DNA of 64,000 bases from Octopus vulgaris (GCA_951406725.2 OX597832.1:29512001-29576000), one strand, 5' to 3'. Positions 13,257-27,841 are shown, counted from the first letter of the stretch. Notes: a model not told the origin generated them from the letters alone. Numbers and translations are program-made.

Positions 13257-13585
13257 CTGAAAATAAACAAACACTTGAGTGATACGACTGACTTTTAAAC
13301 ATTGTGGCTTTCTATTGAACACAGCATTTCCACCTGAACAATGTTCCTATATACACACATATGAATGCAGGTATGTGCATATATATATATATATGCACAT
13401 ATAATACATTGATGTATGTATGCATATTAGTGTAAACAAGGAACAAAGAGCTCAATACAGTAGGTAGAGTGATATAATAATGTCTTGGTAGGTGAAACTT
13501 CACAAATTGATACACCCTGGGGCTGATCTTTACATAATTATTGGCAATGAGGAACTCAATGATTTGTGAAGTTTCATAAATTCAA

Positions 13586-13662
<77 letters not shown>

Positions 13663-15582
13663 ATGAGTAAAAATAAGAAAAAAAACCAAGAGAGAAGCTT
13701 TAACAAAAGGTGATATTTGTATAACACTTGAAGACAGGATCATTAATGATTTGGGCACTAGTCCTCCATCAGAAAAAAGAAAAGAAAGAGGAGAGGTGGC
13801 AGAAAGAAGCGTGTGTACACGTGTTTGTGTGTGTATATATATACACATACATATATGCACACACATATACACACACACTTATCATTAGATATTTTACAGG
13901 TACTTGCAAGTTGAGTAATTCGACTGCTACAAGTTCAATTAAAGATTGCTAACGAAGTTTGTAGTAATTAGTATATTACGCCATGATGAAATTTTCACCT
14001 TGAATGTAAATAAACTGTATTTTCATAATATTGACTGTTTTCTGGTTTGATTGCACAAACTCACACGTATTCATGTGTGTGTGTGTGTGTATGTATGTGT
14101 GTGTGTGTATGTGTGTGTGTGAATACACATATGCACACATGCACACTTATTGACACAGTAAACACAAGCGGAAGCAACAACAGCTACAATATTGAATCAA
14201 GAGGAAAGACAGTAAAGAGATAAAAACTGATGCAAAACAGTGTTTTCTATAATTAAAGAAGATGTGTTGGACAAACAAGAGTTGTAGTGTTTTGCTCATT
14301 TAGCCCAAGGCAATGCCTGCAGCTGGACGATATGAAGTCAAGAAGCAATTATCTGAAATTAAAATTATAGCTCTAATTACATTTGTTAACAACGAAAATT
14401 AAATCACATCTCTCGTTATTTTAAACAGAACAGACTGGTTTATCTGTTCTGTGGTTACCTCAGGTAAAAACATTGATTACCTCTCTTCAAGTAGCCTTCA
14501 ACTGCCTTCCCACTCACCTGGCTACCTACCAACAGAGCAATAAACCCCTTCAACCCCTCCGCCTCCTTTGTAAACCATTCCTTATACAATACATCTACTC
14601 CCACCACTACCACCACGTCTTGTCTTCGGCTTCATCAGAAATTACTTCCTTTCGAAACGTATTTCCATCTCTGGCGCCATCTTCGCTAATGTCAGACCAA
14701 TTTGGGAACGACTATTTCGTTGCTTGACCTGCTCCAAACAGCAGCCAATTTTCCTCTCAATCAGATGCTACTACTTTAATAAAGACAGAATACACTGGAC
14801 AACGTAATCCTAGATACACTATGCCGGAGTAAAAGATGGGACAGTCATGGCTAGAGACATTTGATTAAAGATCTGTACAATTAGGATTGACCTGGGGTTA
14901 AACAACGACAATAACCTCACCAAGAATAATCAATTTAGAATAATCGATAGCTATCTCACTGTCTACTTCATAAACTCCATAGAAACTATACCATTGTGAG
15001 TGGATTTGGTAGGCAGAAACTGAAAGAAGCCTGTTGTATATATATCATCATCATCATTTAATGTTCGTCTCCCATGCATGCATGTGTAGGACAGTTGAGA
15101 GGAGCCAGCCAGGTAAAAAAAACTACCCTAGGCTACTGTGTCTCTTTTGATAGGGTTTTTCTGACAGGATGCCCTTCCTAACACCAACCACCCGGTAGAG
15201 TGGACCGAGTGCTTTCTACATGGCACCAGCACAGGCGAGGTCAGATTTGGCAAGGTTTTTACAGCTGGATGCCCTTCCAAATGCCAACCACTTTACAGTG
15301 TGGACTGGATGCTTTTTATGTGCCACCAGCTCCGGCAGTGTCACCAAGTGTGTGTGTGTCTTTGTGTCTTTGTGTCTGTGTTTGTCTCCCCCATCACCAC
15401 TTGGCAATCGGTGTTGGTGTGTTTACATCCCTCGCAGCTTAGCATTTCGGCAAAATAGTGTAATGGAATAAGCACTAGGTTTTAAAAAAATAAAAAGTCC
15501 TAGAGTTGAGTTGTTCGACTAAAACCCTTCATGGCGGTGCCCCAGCATGGCCACAGTCTGAGAAATGAAACAAGTATAAGAT

Positions 15583-16155
15583 AGGCGGCGAGCTGGCAGA
15601 AACGGTATCACGCCAGGCGAAATGCTTAGCGGTATTTCGTCTGCCATTACGTTCTGAGTTCAAATTCCGCCGAGGTCGACTTTGCCTTTCATCCTTTCGG
15701 GGTCGATAAATTAAGTACCAGTTACGCACTGGGGTCGATATAATCGACTTAATCCGTTTGTCTGTTCTTGTTTGTCCTATTTGTGTTTAGCCCCTTGTGG
15801 GTAGTAAAGAAATAGGTATTTCGTCTGCCGTTACGTTCTGAGTTCAAATTCCGTTGAGGTCGACCTTGCCTTTCATCCTTTCGGGATCGATTAAATAAGT
15901 ACCAGTTACGCACTGGGGTCGATATAATCGGCTTAATCCGTTTGTCTGTCCTTGTTTGTCCTATCTGTGTTTAGCCCCTTGTGGGTAGTAAAGAAATAGG
16001 TATTTCGTCTGCCGTTACGTTCTGAGTTCAAATTCCGTTGAGGTCGACCTTGCCTTTCATCCTTTCGGGGTCGATAAATCAAGTACCAGTTTCGCACTGG
16101 GGTCGATATAATCGACTTAATCCAAAATTCCAGGCCTCGTGCCTAGAGTAAAAAA
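15583..16155 (+). mobile_element. tRNA-headed SINE family A, multimer (184-bp period)
   Basis: Head GGCGAGCTGGCAGAA..GAGTTCAAATTCC (A/B-box-like). Units restart at 15632, 15816 and 16000. The central GCCTTTCATCCTTTCGGGGTCGATAAA..GTACCAG resembles a conserved (Meta-like) SINE domain. Confidence 0.85.
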
Positions 16156-17439
16156 GATCTATTATACAGTGTGTGTGTGAGTGTGTGTGCTAGGCTGTTA
16201 TCGTTACGGAGAGAGAGAGGCAACTAGGTATTGCGTTATTACAGACCTGATTGAAGTCAAACAAGAACAGAGAAGTTACCTCCCTTACATCAGGTACTCC
16301 AGCGCAATCAATTACGTAAGAAGGAAAAAATGAAATATGTTTGTTTGCTTTAAGCAGATTAAGAACCGGTTTCGTTAATCCTTTATAGGTGAAACCACCT
16401 GATGATTCAACACGAGCAAAGGAAAGACGCAGTTTTATTAGGTGCAACCACAACAAAAGTGTACTTAGAAATTTCTCTATAAAAAAAAATATTAGAAAAT
16501 AGACATACAAAATCGTACACACACACATTGTTATCGTTTTACGTCTACTTTCTCATGACGGCATGGGTTGAACAGGTACTCTTAGGTAGGGTTTAACGGC
16601 CAGACGTCCTTCCTGTCCCCACCCCTTTTGGCTGCCTCTTACAACATGGTCTACTTGTCCTAAAACTGACACACCAACATTCTTTACCAATTTCTCTCAC
16701 CGGTCTGCGGTCATTCTGGAGCACCACCTCCAAAGGTGCTTTAATCCATCAACCCTAATAATTATTTTAGTCTGGTACTTTACAGACTCCGATTTGCTGA
16801 ACGGCTAAGTCACTTTCTGAAATAACGTGAATAATAGATAAACACACACACATGCACACAAACATCACGGGTTTCACTCCAGTTTCCATTATACCGAATT
16901 TCACTCCCAAAATCTCAGTCCACTTGAGGCTACAATAGAAGACAGGAATAGAGGTGTCACGAAGGGGAATTGAAACTGGGTCCACATGGGTGCTAGGTGA
17001 ATGTTTGTACCATACAGCTAAGCCCTTTTATCAAAAAAAAAAAAAAATGGAAACAGTGGGTCAAGGTTAGTAAATTAAAGTGGGGTCAATAATAGACTGG
17101 TCATGGGTCAAAGGTAAAGGAGTAGATAGAACCCTGAAGTTGGCCAACAAACTTCATTTAGAAATGCCAAAAAGAAAATCTAATTCAGTGTTTCCAGAAC
17201 TTTCCCTTCTATGACCCCCCCACCCCCAACCAACCATCCAAATATGGTAAATAAAAAAAAATGGCAGTCTTACATAACATTAACGACCTTATCTTAATTT
17301 AACAGCCTTCGAATCAACATTCACCAAAAAAAAAAAGTCAAACAAATCCACTGAGAATAAAAATTGTTCAACTCAAAATTTATTTCCTCCACAGGAAAAA
17401 CCCCCAAATTTCCTCCCAGTTAAGAACTGTGGATATTAA

Positions 17440-17830
17440 CCAGGTAACATAAATAGGGACCCACATGGTGTGATTATTTCTACTGTAAAGTGGGGATAAC
17501 ATAAATAGGGGATCACTAAAGTGTGGGGTAACATAAATAGGGACCCACACAGTGTGACTATTTCTACTGTAAAATGGGGGTAACACAAATAGGGGATCAC
17601 TAAAGTGGGGGTAACATAAATAGGGGACACAATGTGTCTGTTATCACTAAAGTGTGGGGTAGCATACATAGGGACCCACACAGTGTGCCTATTATTACTG
17701 TAGTGTGGGGGGTAGCGTAAATAGGGGCCACAGTGTGTTATCACTAACGTGTGAGATAACAGATAGGGGCCACAATGTAGTTACTATGGTAGTGTGGAGG
17801 TAACAGGTGACATAAATAGGGGCTACACAG
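17440..17830. repeat. Degenerate minisatellite (AGTGTGGGGTAACATAAATAGGGACCCACAC-like, alternating long and short units)
   Basis: Repeated GGGGTAACATAAATAGGG cores. Confidence 0.8.
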
Positions 17831-18260
17831 CTATATTGTTAACCATTATTTCTATAAGCCATTTAATCTTTAGACAGGGGCAACAAATTCAACCCTTTCT
17901 ACAGATGTAACAAGAAGAAAGACAAGCCAAGGCGGAGGCTTCGATGTAGGCTCCCAAAATGCTAGAAATAGTAGCTAAATCTCCTTCAACTCATACTTTG
18001 CAGTCTTAGACAAGGGTACACCATTCCTGAAAGCAAGAAGAGGGTTGACCCAGGGTTAAACAAATAACACAAGTAGACTCAGTTAATGTGACTCCCATAT
18101 GTGGCCCTCCATGCTGGATCCTGTTAAAGTGTCCCACCCATACCAGCATCAAGAACGGACATAAAATGATGATAAATATATGTGTGTGTGGAGATGGGGG
18201 CAGGTGGATGCTTGTGTGTGTGGGTGTGTCTACCTCTCTCCCTCCTACTTAAACTATAAA

Positions 18261-18293
<33 letters not shown>

Positions 18294-18329
18294 CATACAT
18301 CTAGATATAAATGGGTGTATACATGTATT

Positions 18330-18364
<35 letters not shown>

Positions 18365-18528
18365 ATACTTTAATACAAAAAAGTGCTTATGTGTGAATAT
18401 ATATATATATAAATGATGATGATGATATATATCCATCCTTCTCATCTTCACTTCACTAAATAGTCCATGAAACAACTCCACCCTAGAACAGTCAGTGTTT
18501 ATAGAAAAAGCTATATATATATATACAC

Positions 18529-18567
<39 letters not shown>

Positions 18568-18751
18568 TACACACACAAGCTGTTAAGTAAGCAAGCTACT
18601 AGTTGCTGTTTCCTTGTTACTAACAAATAACAACACAACAATAGGTGGGTGTTTACAGTAGAAGGCTGGCACCTTCCTTATCACCACCAGCACCACCGCC
18701 ACCACCGCCGCCACCGCCACATCCGCCGCCGCCACTGCCACCACAGCCACC

Positions 18752-18782
<31 letters not shown>

Positions 18783-19070
18783 GCGCCACCACCATTGTTG
18801 TTGTGGAGACAATATCTGGCTGTCAGCCATAAAACAACCATTTTACTATTGGATGTAACAACAACTGGATAGAAATGTCAAATATATCTATGTGTGTGTG
18901 TGTGTGTGCGTGTGTATATATATGCATATATATATATACTGCCAATACTATAGCTATTACCACTACTACTGCTACTACTACTACTACTACTGCTACTACC
19001 ACAACCATTGCAGCCATCACAACAATAACATCCATCACAACCACCACCAAGTGTATCTGTGTATATGTAA

Positions 19071-19130
<60 letters not shown>

Positions 19131-19134
19131 ATAG

Positions 19135-19260
19135 GGAGAATTCACAAAAAAACAAAAGACGAAGACAGGTGGCATAGACAACAAACAGATGTATTAGTAT
19201 AATGCTCAGGAAGTGAAAAAGTCCTTAATGTTTCGAGCCTACGCTCTTCCACAGAAAGGA
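19135..19260 (-). mobile_element. PLE-end-like element with a decayed hammerhead (19223-19259)
   Basis: Minus strand CTGTGGA-AGAGC-gtag-GCTC-GAAA-CATT-AAGG. It sits next to (TA)n and shares 'gctcaggaa' context with 5060-5130. Confidence 0.45.
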
Positions 19261-20529
19261 ACACACACACACACACACACACACATATCTATACACACAC
19301 AAACACACACACACACACACATATCTATACACACGCAAACACACACACACAAGCAAGCAATAAAATAAATAATGAAACACATGTAATACCACAACCTCGA
19401 AGCAATAGAATGCACCACACTGCATCTTCATATCCTGCAGTATACAGTGCACCACACTGCATGTCAAGGATTGGAACATCCCAAAGAGTCTCACCACTCA
19501 TTCCATTCCACACTTTCTAAATGTGATCGATGTCATGCCCACCTGATTGGCCCCTGTACCAGTGGCACGTAAAAAGCACCCACTACACTCTCGGAGTGGT
19601 TGGTGTTAGGAAGGACATCCAGCTGTAGAAACATTGCCAGATCAGATTGGAGCCTGGTGCAGCCCGCTGGCTTTCCAGAAGTCTGTGAAACCGTCCAACC
19701 CATGCCAGCATGGAAAATGGACGTTAAACAATGACGATGATGATGATGATGATGACACACACACACTGCTCCCCACTCAGTTGATGAGTTTTGTCTTGTA
19801 ACACTGGTGGTGTGCTGGTGCCACATAAAAAGCACAAAGGCCACTCTGTAAAGTGGTCGGCATTAGGAAGGGCATCCAGCCATAGAAACCAGGCAAAGCA
19901 GCCAACAGAGCTTAGCAAAATCCTCTGGCTTGCCAACTCTTGTCAAACCATCCGACCCATGCTCAACAGTTTGATCAACTGAGTTACTCACTCATTGAAC
20001 TAACATATAAGTGGTTCCACAGACTAAGGCGGAGAGCTGGCAGAAACGTTAGCACGCCGGGCGAAATGCTTAACGGTATTTCGCTTGTTGTTACGTTGTG
20101 AGTTCAAATTCCGCCGAGGTTGACTTTGCCTTTCATCCTTTCGGGGTCGATAAATTAAGTACCAGTTACGCACTGGGGTCGATGTAATCGACTTAATACT
20201 TATGTCTGTCCTTGTTTGTCCCCTCTATGTTTAGCCCCTTGTGGGTAATAAAGAAATATGTTGAATATTCCACAGACACAGATATCATTTACATAATCCA
20301 CAGATACAGTATCAGCCAGCCACAGTGTGACAAGACTGGACATTTAAATTCCGGGTTCAATCCATTGGCCAGGCTTCCACACAGTTTCCCTCTCTCCAAT
20401 TTTACAAGGTACAAGTCAACACAAATCTGTGACATCAGACATTGCCCGAGATGCCACACAGTGGGACTGAACCCAAGACTGTATGATTACAAAGCAAACT
20501 TCTTGACCATTTGGCCAAACTGCATCCAC

Positions 20530-20570
<41 letters not shown>

Positions 20571-20699
20571 CACTGCTACAGGTGCAGGCTTGATGCACGG
20601 TAAGAAGTTTGTTTCCCAACCACATGGTTCCAGGTTCAGCCCCACAGTGTAGCACCTGGAGCAAGTGTCTTCTACTACAGCCTCAGGCTGGCCTCCCGG

Positions 20700-21752
20700 G
20701 GTGGGGAGGACCTAGAAGTAGTTGATAGTTTCCGTTATCTAGGTGATCAAATCAGCAGTGGAGGTGGATGCTCTGAGAGTGGATGCTCTAGAACAGTGCT
20801 TTTCAAACTTTTTGCTGGAGCGGAACCCCACGGAAGCATTCCACTGGCTCGAGGAACCCCTGTGCAATAATTTAATAGTCTTATGCACACATATCTGCAC
20901 AGGAGACTTAAAAATTACTGTCGATTTTAGCAGTTTTGTAACTTCATGCGGAACCCTTGGACTGTACTGGCGGAACCCTAAGGTTCCACGGAACCCTGGT
21001 TGAAAACCACTGTTCTAGAATAAGAATAGGCTGGGCAAAGTTCAGAGAGCTTCTACCTTTGTTAGTAAAAAAGGGCCTCTCCCTCAGAGTGAAAGGCAGA
21101 TTGAACGATGCCTGTGTGTGAACAGCCCATGCTACAAAGCAGTGAAACATGGGCTGTAACAGCTGAGGACATGAGAAGGCTTGAAAGAAATGAAGTATGC
21201 TTCACTTGATGTGCAATGTCAGTGTGCATGTAAGACAGAGCGTAAGTGTAAGTACCTTGACAGAAAAGTTGGGTATAAGGTGTGATGTGCAGGAGAGACG
21301 ACTGCACTGGGATGGTCAAGTGGTGCATATGGACAGGGATAGCTGTGTAAAGAAGTGCCAGTTTCTAACTGTGGAGGGAACCTGTGGTAGAGGTAGACCC
21401 AGGAAGACATGGGATGAGGTGGTGAAGCATGATCTTTGAACTTTGGGCTCCATAGAGGCAATGACTAGTGACCGAGACCTTTGGTGATATGCAGTGCTTG
21501 AGAAGTCCTGTCAAGCCAAGTGAAATCATAGTCATGGATGATGCCAGTGTCACAAAACTGGCACTCATGCTGGTGGCACATAAAAGCACCCGTCACATTC
21601 TCGGAGGGACTGGTGTTAGGAAGGGCGTCCAGCCATAGAAACCATGCCAAAGCAGACTAGAACTTGGAGCAGCTTTCTGGCTTACCAGTTGCAGACAAAC
21701 CATCGAACCCATGCCTGCATGGAAAGCAGATGCTAAATGGTGATGATGATGA
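20700..21752 (+). mobile_element. Degenerate RTE-clade LINE 3' part, interrupted by a hAT MITE
   Basis: LEVVDSFRYLGDQISSGGGCSES / RIRIGWAKFRELLPLL / RRLHWDGQVVHM / GRGRPRKTW, ending in a (TGA)n tail. Confidence 0.88.
20794..21012. mobile_element. hAT (Charlie-like) MITE, 219 bp
   Basis: TIRs CAGTGCTTTTCAA / TTGAAAACCACTG. The 8-bp TSD is CTCTAGAA (20786-20793) / TTCTAGAA (21013-21020), fitting the NTCTAGAN target. Confidence 0.88.
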
Positions 21753-21970
21753 TATGTGGATGTGTGTGTCTTGACATCCATGTTTGCCTTCCACTGTCAC
21801 TTGACAACTGGTGTTTGTGTGTTTACGTCCCTGTAACTTAGCGACTCAGCAAAATAGACCAATGGAATAAGTACCAGGCTTTCAAAATAAATAAATAAAC
21901 ACTGATGTTGATTCATTCAACTAAAAACATTCTTCAAGACAGTGTTCCAGCATGGCCACGGTCTACTGAC

Positions 21971-22372
21971 TCTTTTACTCGTTTCAGCCATTTGACTGTG
22001 GCCATGATGGAGCACTGCCTTTAGTCGAGCAAATCAACCCCAGGACTTATTCTTTGTAAACCTAGTACTTATTCTATCAGTCTCTTTTTACTGAACCGCT
22101 AACTTACGGAGACGTAAACACACCAGCATCGGCTGTCAAGCGATGTTGGGGCGACAAACACAGACACACAAACACATACATACATATATATATATATATA
22201 CATATATATGACGGACTTCTTTCAGTTTCCGTCTACCAAATCCACTCACAAGGCTTTGGTCAGCCCGAGGCTATAGCAGAAGATACTTGCCCATGGTGCC
22301 ACACAGTGGGACTGAACCCGGAACCACGTGGTTGGTAAGCAAGCTACTTACCACACAGCCACTCCTACTCCT
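21971..22372 (-). mobile_element. tRNA-headed CORE-like SINE family B
   Basis: Head GTGGCTGTGTGGTAAG..GGTTCAGTCCC, CORE-like CACCTTGGGCAAGT, internal TA/TG microsatellite, tail GAAACAAGTAAAAGA. Confidence 0.82.
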
Positions 22373-23057
22373 ACAAGCAAAAGAATAAAAGACGCATTAA
22401 TGGCAGGACAGAGCCTTGGAATGTGAGGAGGCTGACATGTGGTGGGTGACGGCAGCAGATTCCAGTGGGAACAATTATGGTAAAACTTTCTAAAGCTTCT
22501 CTGTGAAACTCTTGTCTAAATTCTAACAGCAAAAGATAAACTTTGACCAATAAATCCGGTTAAATTGGAAACTAACCAGTCGGAAAAACTAAACAGAAAC
22601 CCAGTTAAAACAACGGCAACGCCAACAGCAGCGGCAGCGGCAGCAACAGCAGCAGTAGCTGCATGTTTTAGGATTGGATGGTGTTGTTCTTTGGTTGGAC
22701 AATGTCAGAACACAATGGTTTATTGTTGTTTTTTTTCATTGAATTATTACAATAGTCCAGAGACACGTGCCAACACTTTACATAATAACGACAACAACAA
22801 TAATAATAATAATGATAATAATAATAATAATAATAATGATGATGATAATAATAATAAAATGATGATGATAATAATAATAATAATAATGATGATGATAATA
22901 ATAATAAAATGATGATGATAATAATAATAATAATAATGAGGATGATAGCGCTATAATAATAATGATTAATTATAACACTGCAGCAGTAACATAAATGGGA
23001 GTATGTGGAATCAGTGATGGTGGTGGCCACGAGAGGGTGGAGGTAGGATAAGGCCTC

Positions 23058-23401
23058 TGGTGGTGGTGGTGGTGGTGGTAGAGATGGTGTTCTTACTGTT
23101 AATTGCAATGGTGATGATGGCAGCAATGGAGCAGATCGGTGAAGGTGATGGCGGCAGTGGAGATGGTGGTCTCAGTGTTAACAGCAGAGGTGGTGGTTTG
23201 GTGGTGGTGGTGGTGGTGGTGGTGGTGGTTTGGTGGTTTGGTGGTGGTAGTGGTGGTGGTTTGGTGGTGGTGGTGGTGGTGGTTTGGTGGTGGTGGTGGT
23301 GGTGGTTTGGTGGTGGTGGTGGTGGTGGTTTGGTGGTGGTGGTGGTGGTGGTGGTGGTGGTGGTGGTTTGGTGGTGGTGGTGGTTTGGTGGTGGTGGTGG
23401 T
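23058..23401. repeat. (GGT)n-rich trinucleotide repeat
   Basis: Seen directly. Related tracts at 22795-22940 (AAT/GAT), 35960-36350 (GGT/GAT) and 56283-56490. Confidence 0.95.
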
Positions 23402-25211
23402 ACTGTTTCTAATGTGTGAACCCAGCGGGCCCTTCCGGGCCCTCCCAGACTGGTGGCATTGAGGTATTTGAAATATATGTAGATGAAGGTCTGCGGTTGA
23501 CACAAGGGAAGCGTGCTGTTCTGGAGGGTTGTGGCTCTGAGGGGTTCCTGAAGGGATGAGTCACAGAAGAGATGGAGAAGTGATGTATTGGATGGGATGG
23601 TGGACACAGTTTATCATTCCAGAAGAGCAGGGATGGAGGGAGAGGGAGGGAGACAGATGGCAACACAGCATCTTGGACAATGAATGAATGCTCGTGGTGG
23701 TGGTGGTGGTGGTGGTGGTGGTGCTGCTGCAGCTGCTACTGTTGCTGCTACTGGTGGTAGAATGCATCAGTTGCAGTTGCGGTAAATTTTTATGTTGTAA
23801 TATTAACTAAATTAGAGAAGTGACTGAGGAGAGAGAAAGAGCAGTGAGAGAGTAAAAGGAGGAGGAGGAGAGTACCAGAGAGAGAAAGAGAGAGAGAATG
23901 AGTGCAAGAGAGAGAGAACAAAGAGAGGGAGAGAGCATGCAAGAGAGAGAGAAAGAAACAGAAAGAAAGAAAGAAAGAAAGAAATAAAGAGTGCAAGAGA
24001 AAGAAAGAGAGAGAATAATGAAAGCAAATGCAGGAAGGAAGGGTGTCACTGCCTATCCTGTTTCATAGAATGGGTAAGCAGAAGCTCTACTTCCTTTTTA
24101 GAGAGTTTTTAAAACTCTATATCAATATACATCATCATCATCACCATTGCCATTATCATCGTCATAATGGAATATATTGAAGCAGATTTTCTGTGGCCAG
24201 GTGGCCTTCTTCTTGCCAGCCTTCACTTGTTTCCAAGCAAAGTAGTATTTCCTGTGCTTGTGCCATGTTAAAAGCACAAAGTCCACTCTGCTGAGTGGTT
24301 GGTGTTCGGGAGAGCATCCAGCTGTAAAAGCCATGCCAAAACTGACCTCGCCTGTGCTCGTGCCGCAAAAGAAGCACAAAGTCCACTCTGCTGAATGGTT
24401 GGTGTTAGGAAGGGCATCCAGCTGTACAAAATCCTGCCAAAACAGTCAGAGAAGTCTGGTGCAGACTTTGGCCTGGCCGCCTCTTGTGGTACCATCCATC
24501 CATGCTAACATGGAACACAGACGTTAAATGATGATGATGATGATGATGATGATGAAGGGGAAGATGATGCACTTGTTTTCACAGAAGATTGGAAGCGAAC
24601 AACACAGGCTTGTATGACAGTGCACTTGCTTATAACTACTGTACAATATCAAGACAAAGGGACACACAGACACACAGACACCAATACATATTACAAGCAT
24701 TTCTCTGTTTCCATCTGTGAAATCAACTCACAATGCTCTTTGTCAGCCTGAGGCTGTAGAAGAAGACCCTTACTCAAGGTGCCAAGCAGCTGCTTTGAAC
24801 CTGTAACCTCCCTTTCTTCTATCCTGACAGTTCACTCTGACAACTGATCCCTACCATCTTTATCTCCTTCCCAGCTACTCCCATCCACTTCCAGATAATG
24901 ATGGGTGGTCATGTATCTCCTCGACAGCAAGGCATCTGTGCTTGTCTGTCTGCCTATCATACTTTTAGCCTCTTAGAACCTGGCATAGAGCCACCTGACC
25001 CTTCACTTGGCAGGGGAGGCTTGTGACACCCAGTTACACACACTGTAAAGTGTTAAGCATTAGGAAGGACATCCAGTCATAGAATCCATGCCAGAAGTTG
25101 ATATTGAAGCTCAGTACAGTCCTGTAAGCTCAACACATTCAGTCAAACCATCCATTTATGTCAACACTGAAAACAGACATTAAACGAGGATTTTTATACA
25201 TCTTCATCATA

Positions 25212-25635
25212 AGTAGGGGGGCTCCGAAAGGGGGCTCAGAAAGTAACGTCCCTGCCTTCCTGAGCTAGTTTTCCACCACATTTCTTAAAAACTGTGGTAG
25301 AGGCCTTGGTCTCAGGACCACTCATGTCTAGAAACTGAGTTGGGGGTAAGCAGGGCATGATCCCTGTAGAAAATCCAGCTCCAAAAAAGCCTCACAATAG
25401 CAAAGGAGGCCTTGGTCTTGGGACCACTCATGTCTAGAAACTGAGGTTGCAGTTAAGCAAGAGCATGCTCCCTGTAGAAAATCCACCTCCAATAGCAAAA
25501 GGAGAATGGGCACCAGCCAGTGCACCCAAAGGTTGGAGTGGGCTGCACCTGCCTACCTCGGTTGCTATGGCAGTGAGGTAGATCCGGCCACCCCCGTTAA
25601 CGGGGACAAAACCCGGATTTAAAACACTGGAAGAT
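25212..25635 (+). mobile_element. Unclassified SINE-like insertion with an internal ~97-bp duplication
   Basis: GAGGCCTTGGTCT..CCCTGTAGAAAATCCA occurs twice (about 25300 and 25406). The flanks are similar (GATTTTTATA..TCATCAT). Confidence 0.45.
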
Positions 25636-26173
25636 GATTTTTATATATTATCCTCATCATTCTATGTCTTCTTCGCATGCTGGCATTGGTTGGCTTCATT
25701 ACAGTTCATTCTTGGCACCGATGCCTTCACAAACAAACAGAGGCAGTAAATAAAACAGAGAGATTACATTAGAGATTAGAGACGAAGCGATAGCCAAAGG
25801 TGTGTACTTATATAAGAGGGTGTATGTGTGTGTATACACATACACACACAAGGAGGAGAGTGATAATAGAGAAAGGTTTTGTTGGATAACAGGAAGATGT
25901 AGTTTTGAAAGGTGAGAGAGTGCAGGGAGTGTGGGGGATGGGCTGCCAGACAAAGCAGATAAATATTTAATAGTTATAAATAATTAATAATTAAATATTG
26001 ATGAAAATGGGAAATAGTTTACCGCTGTTGTAATAAACGTTGAAAGGAAAGCAGAGAGAGGAAGAGATGGAGGAGGGAGGAAGTGGAAGATGAAGATGGA
26101 GGGGAGAAGGAAGAGGGAAAAACAGGGGGAGGAAGTAAACGAAGTCGATGGAGAAAGAGGCAGAGAAGTGCTT

Positions 26174-26218
<45 letters not shown>

Positions 26219-26404
26219 AGGGTTTGGGGTAGCAAGGTGAGTAAACGAGATTTTGAAGAACCTAAGGTTAAGTGGTTCCACTTAAGGGATTTCAGTACCA
26301 AAAATTATAACTTCAGATTTGGCTACTGTACAGCAGATGACCCCCACTTCACAGACAACAACACTGCTCATTGTATTGTTGATGTTGTTGTTACCGCTGT
26401 TGCT

Positions 26405-26775
26405 GTTGAGTGAACGGTCTTCGTCCCAGAGCTCGCAAGATGGGAGAAGTCCGAAACGTGGTCCTTTGCTATTCGTAAGACCCGCAGAAGAGAAAGCAGG
26501 TCAACCCCCGACACCGAGAGCATCGACGGATGGATGAATGCGCATCCAGGCTCAGCGGTTGCGCAGGAAGTCGGGGACAAGAAACAGGAAGAAAGAGTGA
26601 GAGAAAGTTGGCGCGAAAGAGTAGAACAGGGGTCGCCACCATCCCCTGCCGGAGCCTCGTGGAGCTTTAGGTGTTTTCGCTCAATAAACACACACAACGC
26701 CCAATCTGGGAATCAAAACCACGATCCTCCGACCGCAAGTCCGCTGCCCTAACCACTGGGCCATTGCGACTCCAC
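26405..26775 (-). mobile_element. tRNA-headed SINE family E
   Basis: Minus head TGGCCCAGTGGTTAGGGCAGCGGACT..GGTTTTGATTCCC. Related copy at 3805-4027(-). Flanks share TTGTTGTTRCCGCTGT. Confidence 0.75.
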
Positions 26776-27795
26776 TTGTTGTTGCCGCTGTGACACTGTC
26801 CCTTTGTGTGTGTGTGTGTGTGCCATTTATATCACCAACAGTATGTGTAATTGGTCCAGATCCAACAGAAAGATTGGATCTGGTCAGTGTCCGATCATCC
26901 AGCCCCCACCATGGCAGGTATCTATTCTCCACCCCTATCTCACCCAGGTAATATACAACAAAGAGGTTTTGACCAGACCCACAATGAATTACTGAGATCC
27001 AGATTCGAACCCCTAACCAACAATATGCTGTCGTTCTCACTTGTTGAGAAATTGAAAAAAAATGTGCAGAACATTCAGAGTTGACTAGTCCAGAGCAACA
27101 ACATCAAGGTATTGTCAGTCAGGTGGACTGAGCCATAAACAGATGACTATCTAAAAGTATAGGATGCATTAAAATAGACTTTATTTAGCTCTGTCTTTTA
27201 CTGAGAGTTCTGATTTAATGATGTGAAGCAGAAGGAAAATACCCCTGGATAGATTACAAGTCCTTCATCAGTAACATTCCCTCTGAGATGGTAGCTATTT
27301 CTTACAGGCATGAATTGAGATATAGGAAACAATAAAACACAAGCAACATCAGATTTGAACTCACAAACAAAGAATTTATAGTCCCAGAAGTTATCCATGC
27401 AACCATTTCACCCCCCAACTCTAATGGCAAACTTTAGAAACCTTCAGACAAAAACAAATTTTATTATATTCCTGCTATCAAGAAATGCCATTTCAAAGCA
27501 ACATCGTAGAACCAAGAGACATTTCCAAAGAACACATGGCGCTGTGAAATCAGAAATAAAATAGCATGGAATTTATCATTTGAAATATCAAAACTAACAT
27601 TAGTCGACAGATCAGAGCGAAATCTTCAATTATAATAAAAAGTTAATTTATTTGTGACCATTTTTTGGCCTTTTATCCTTTTAACATGTCAGAGAAGGCA
27701 GGAATATTTACAAGGTTTGATAACAATCATCAATGTTTTATGGAGACAGTGATGGAATGACACGAGATATAACATAACACAATTTATAATGCAAC

Positions 27796-27841
<46 letters not shown>

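Noticed and set aside
23011-23607. 198-aa Pro/Thr/His-rich ORF
   Set aside because: Mostly (ACC)n repeat; the unique part has no recognisable domain.
27198-27398. Minus ORF with DY...LLFP resembling DOCK-D exon 2
   Set aside because: The spacing is too short, the EPLDYE context is absent, and there is no suitable acceptor.
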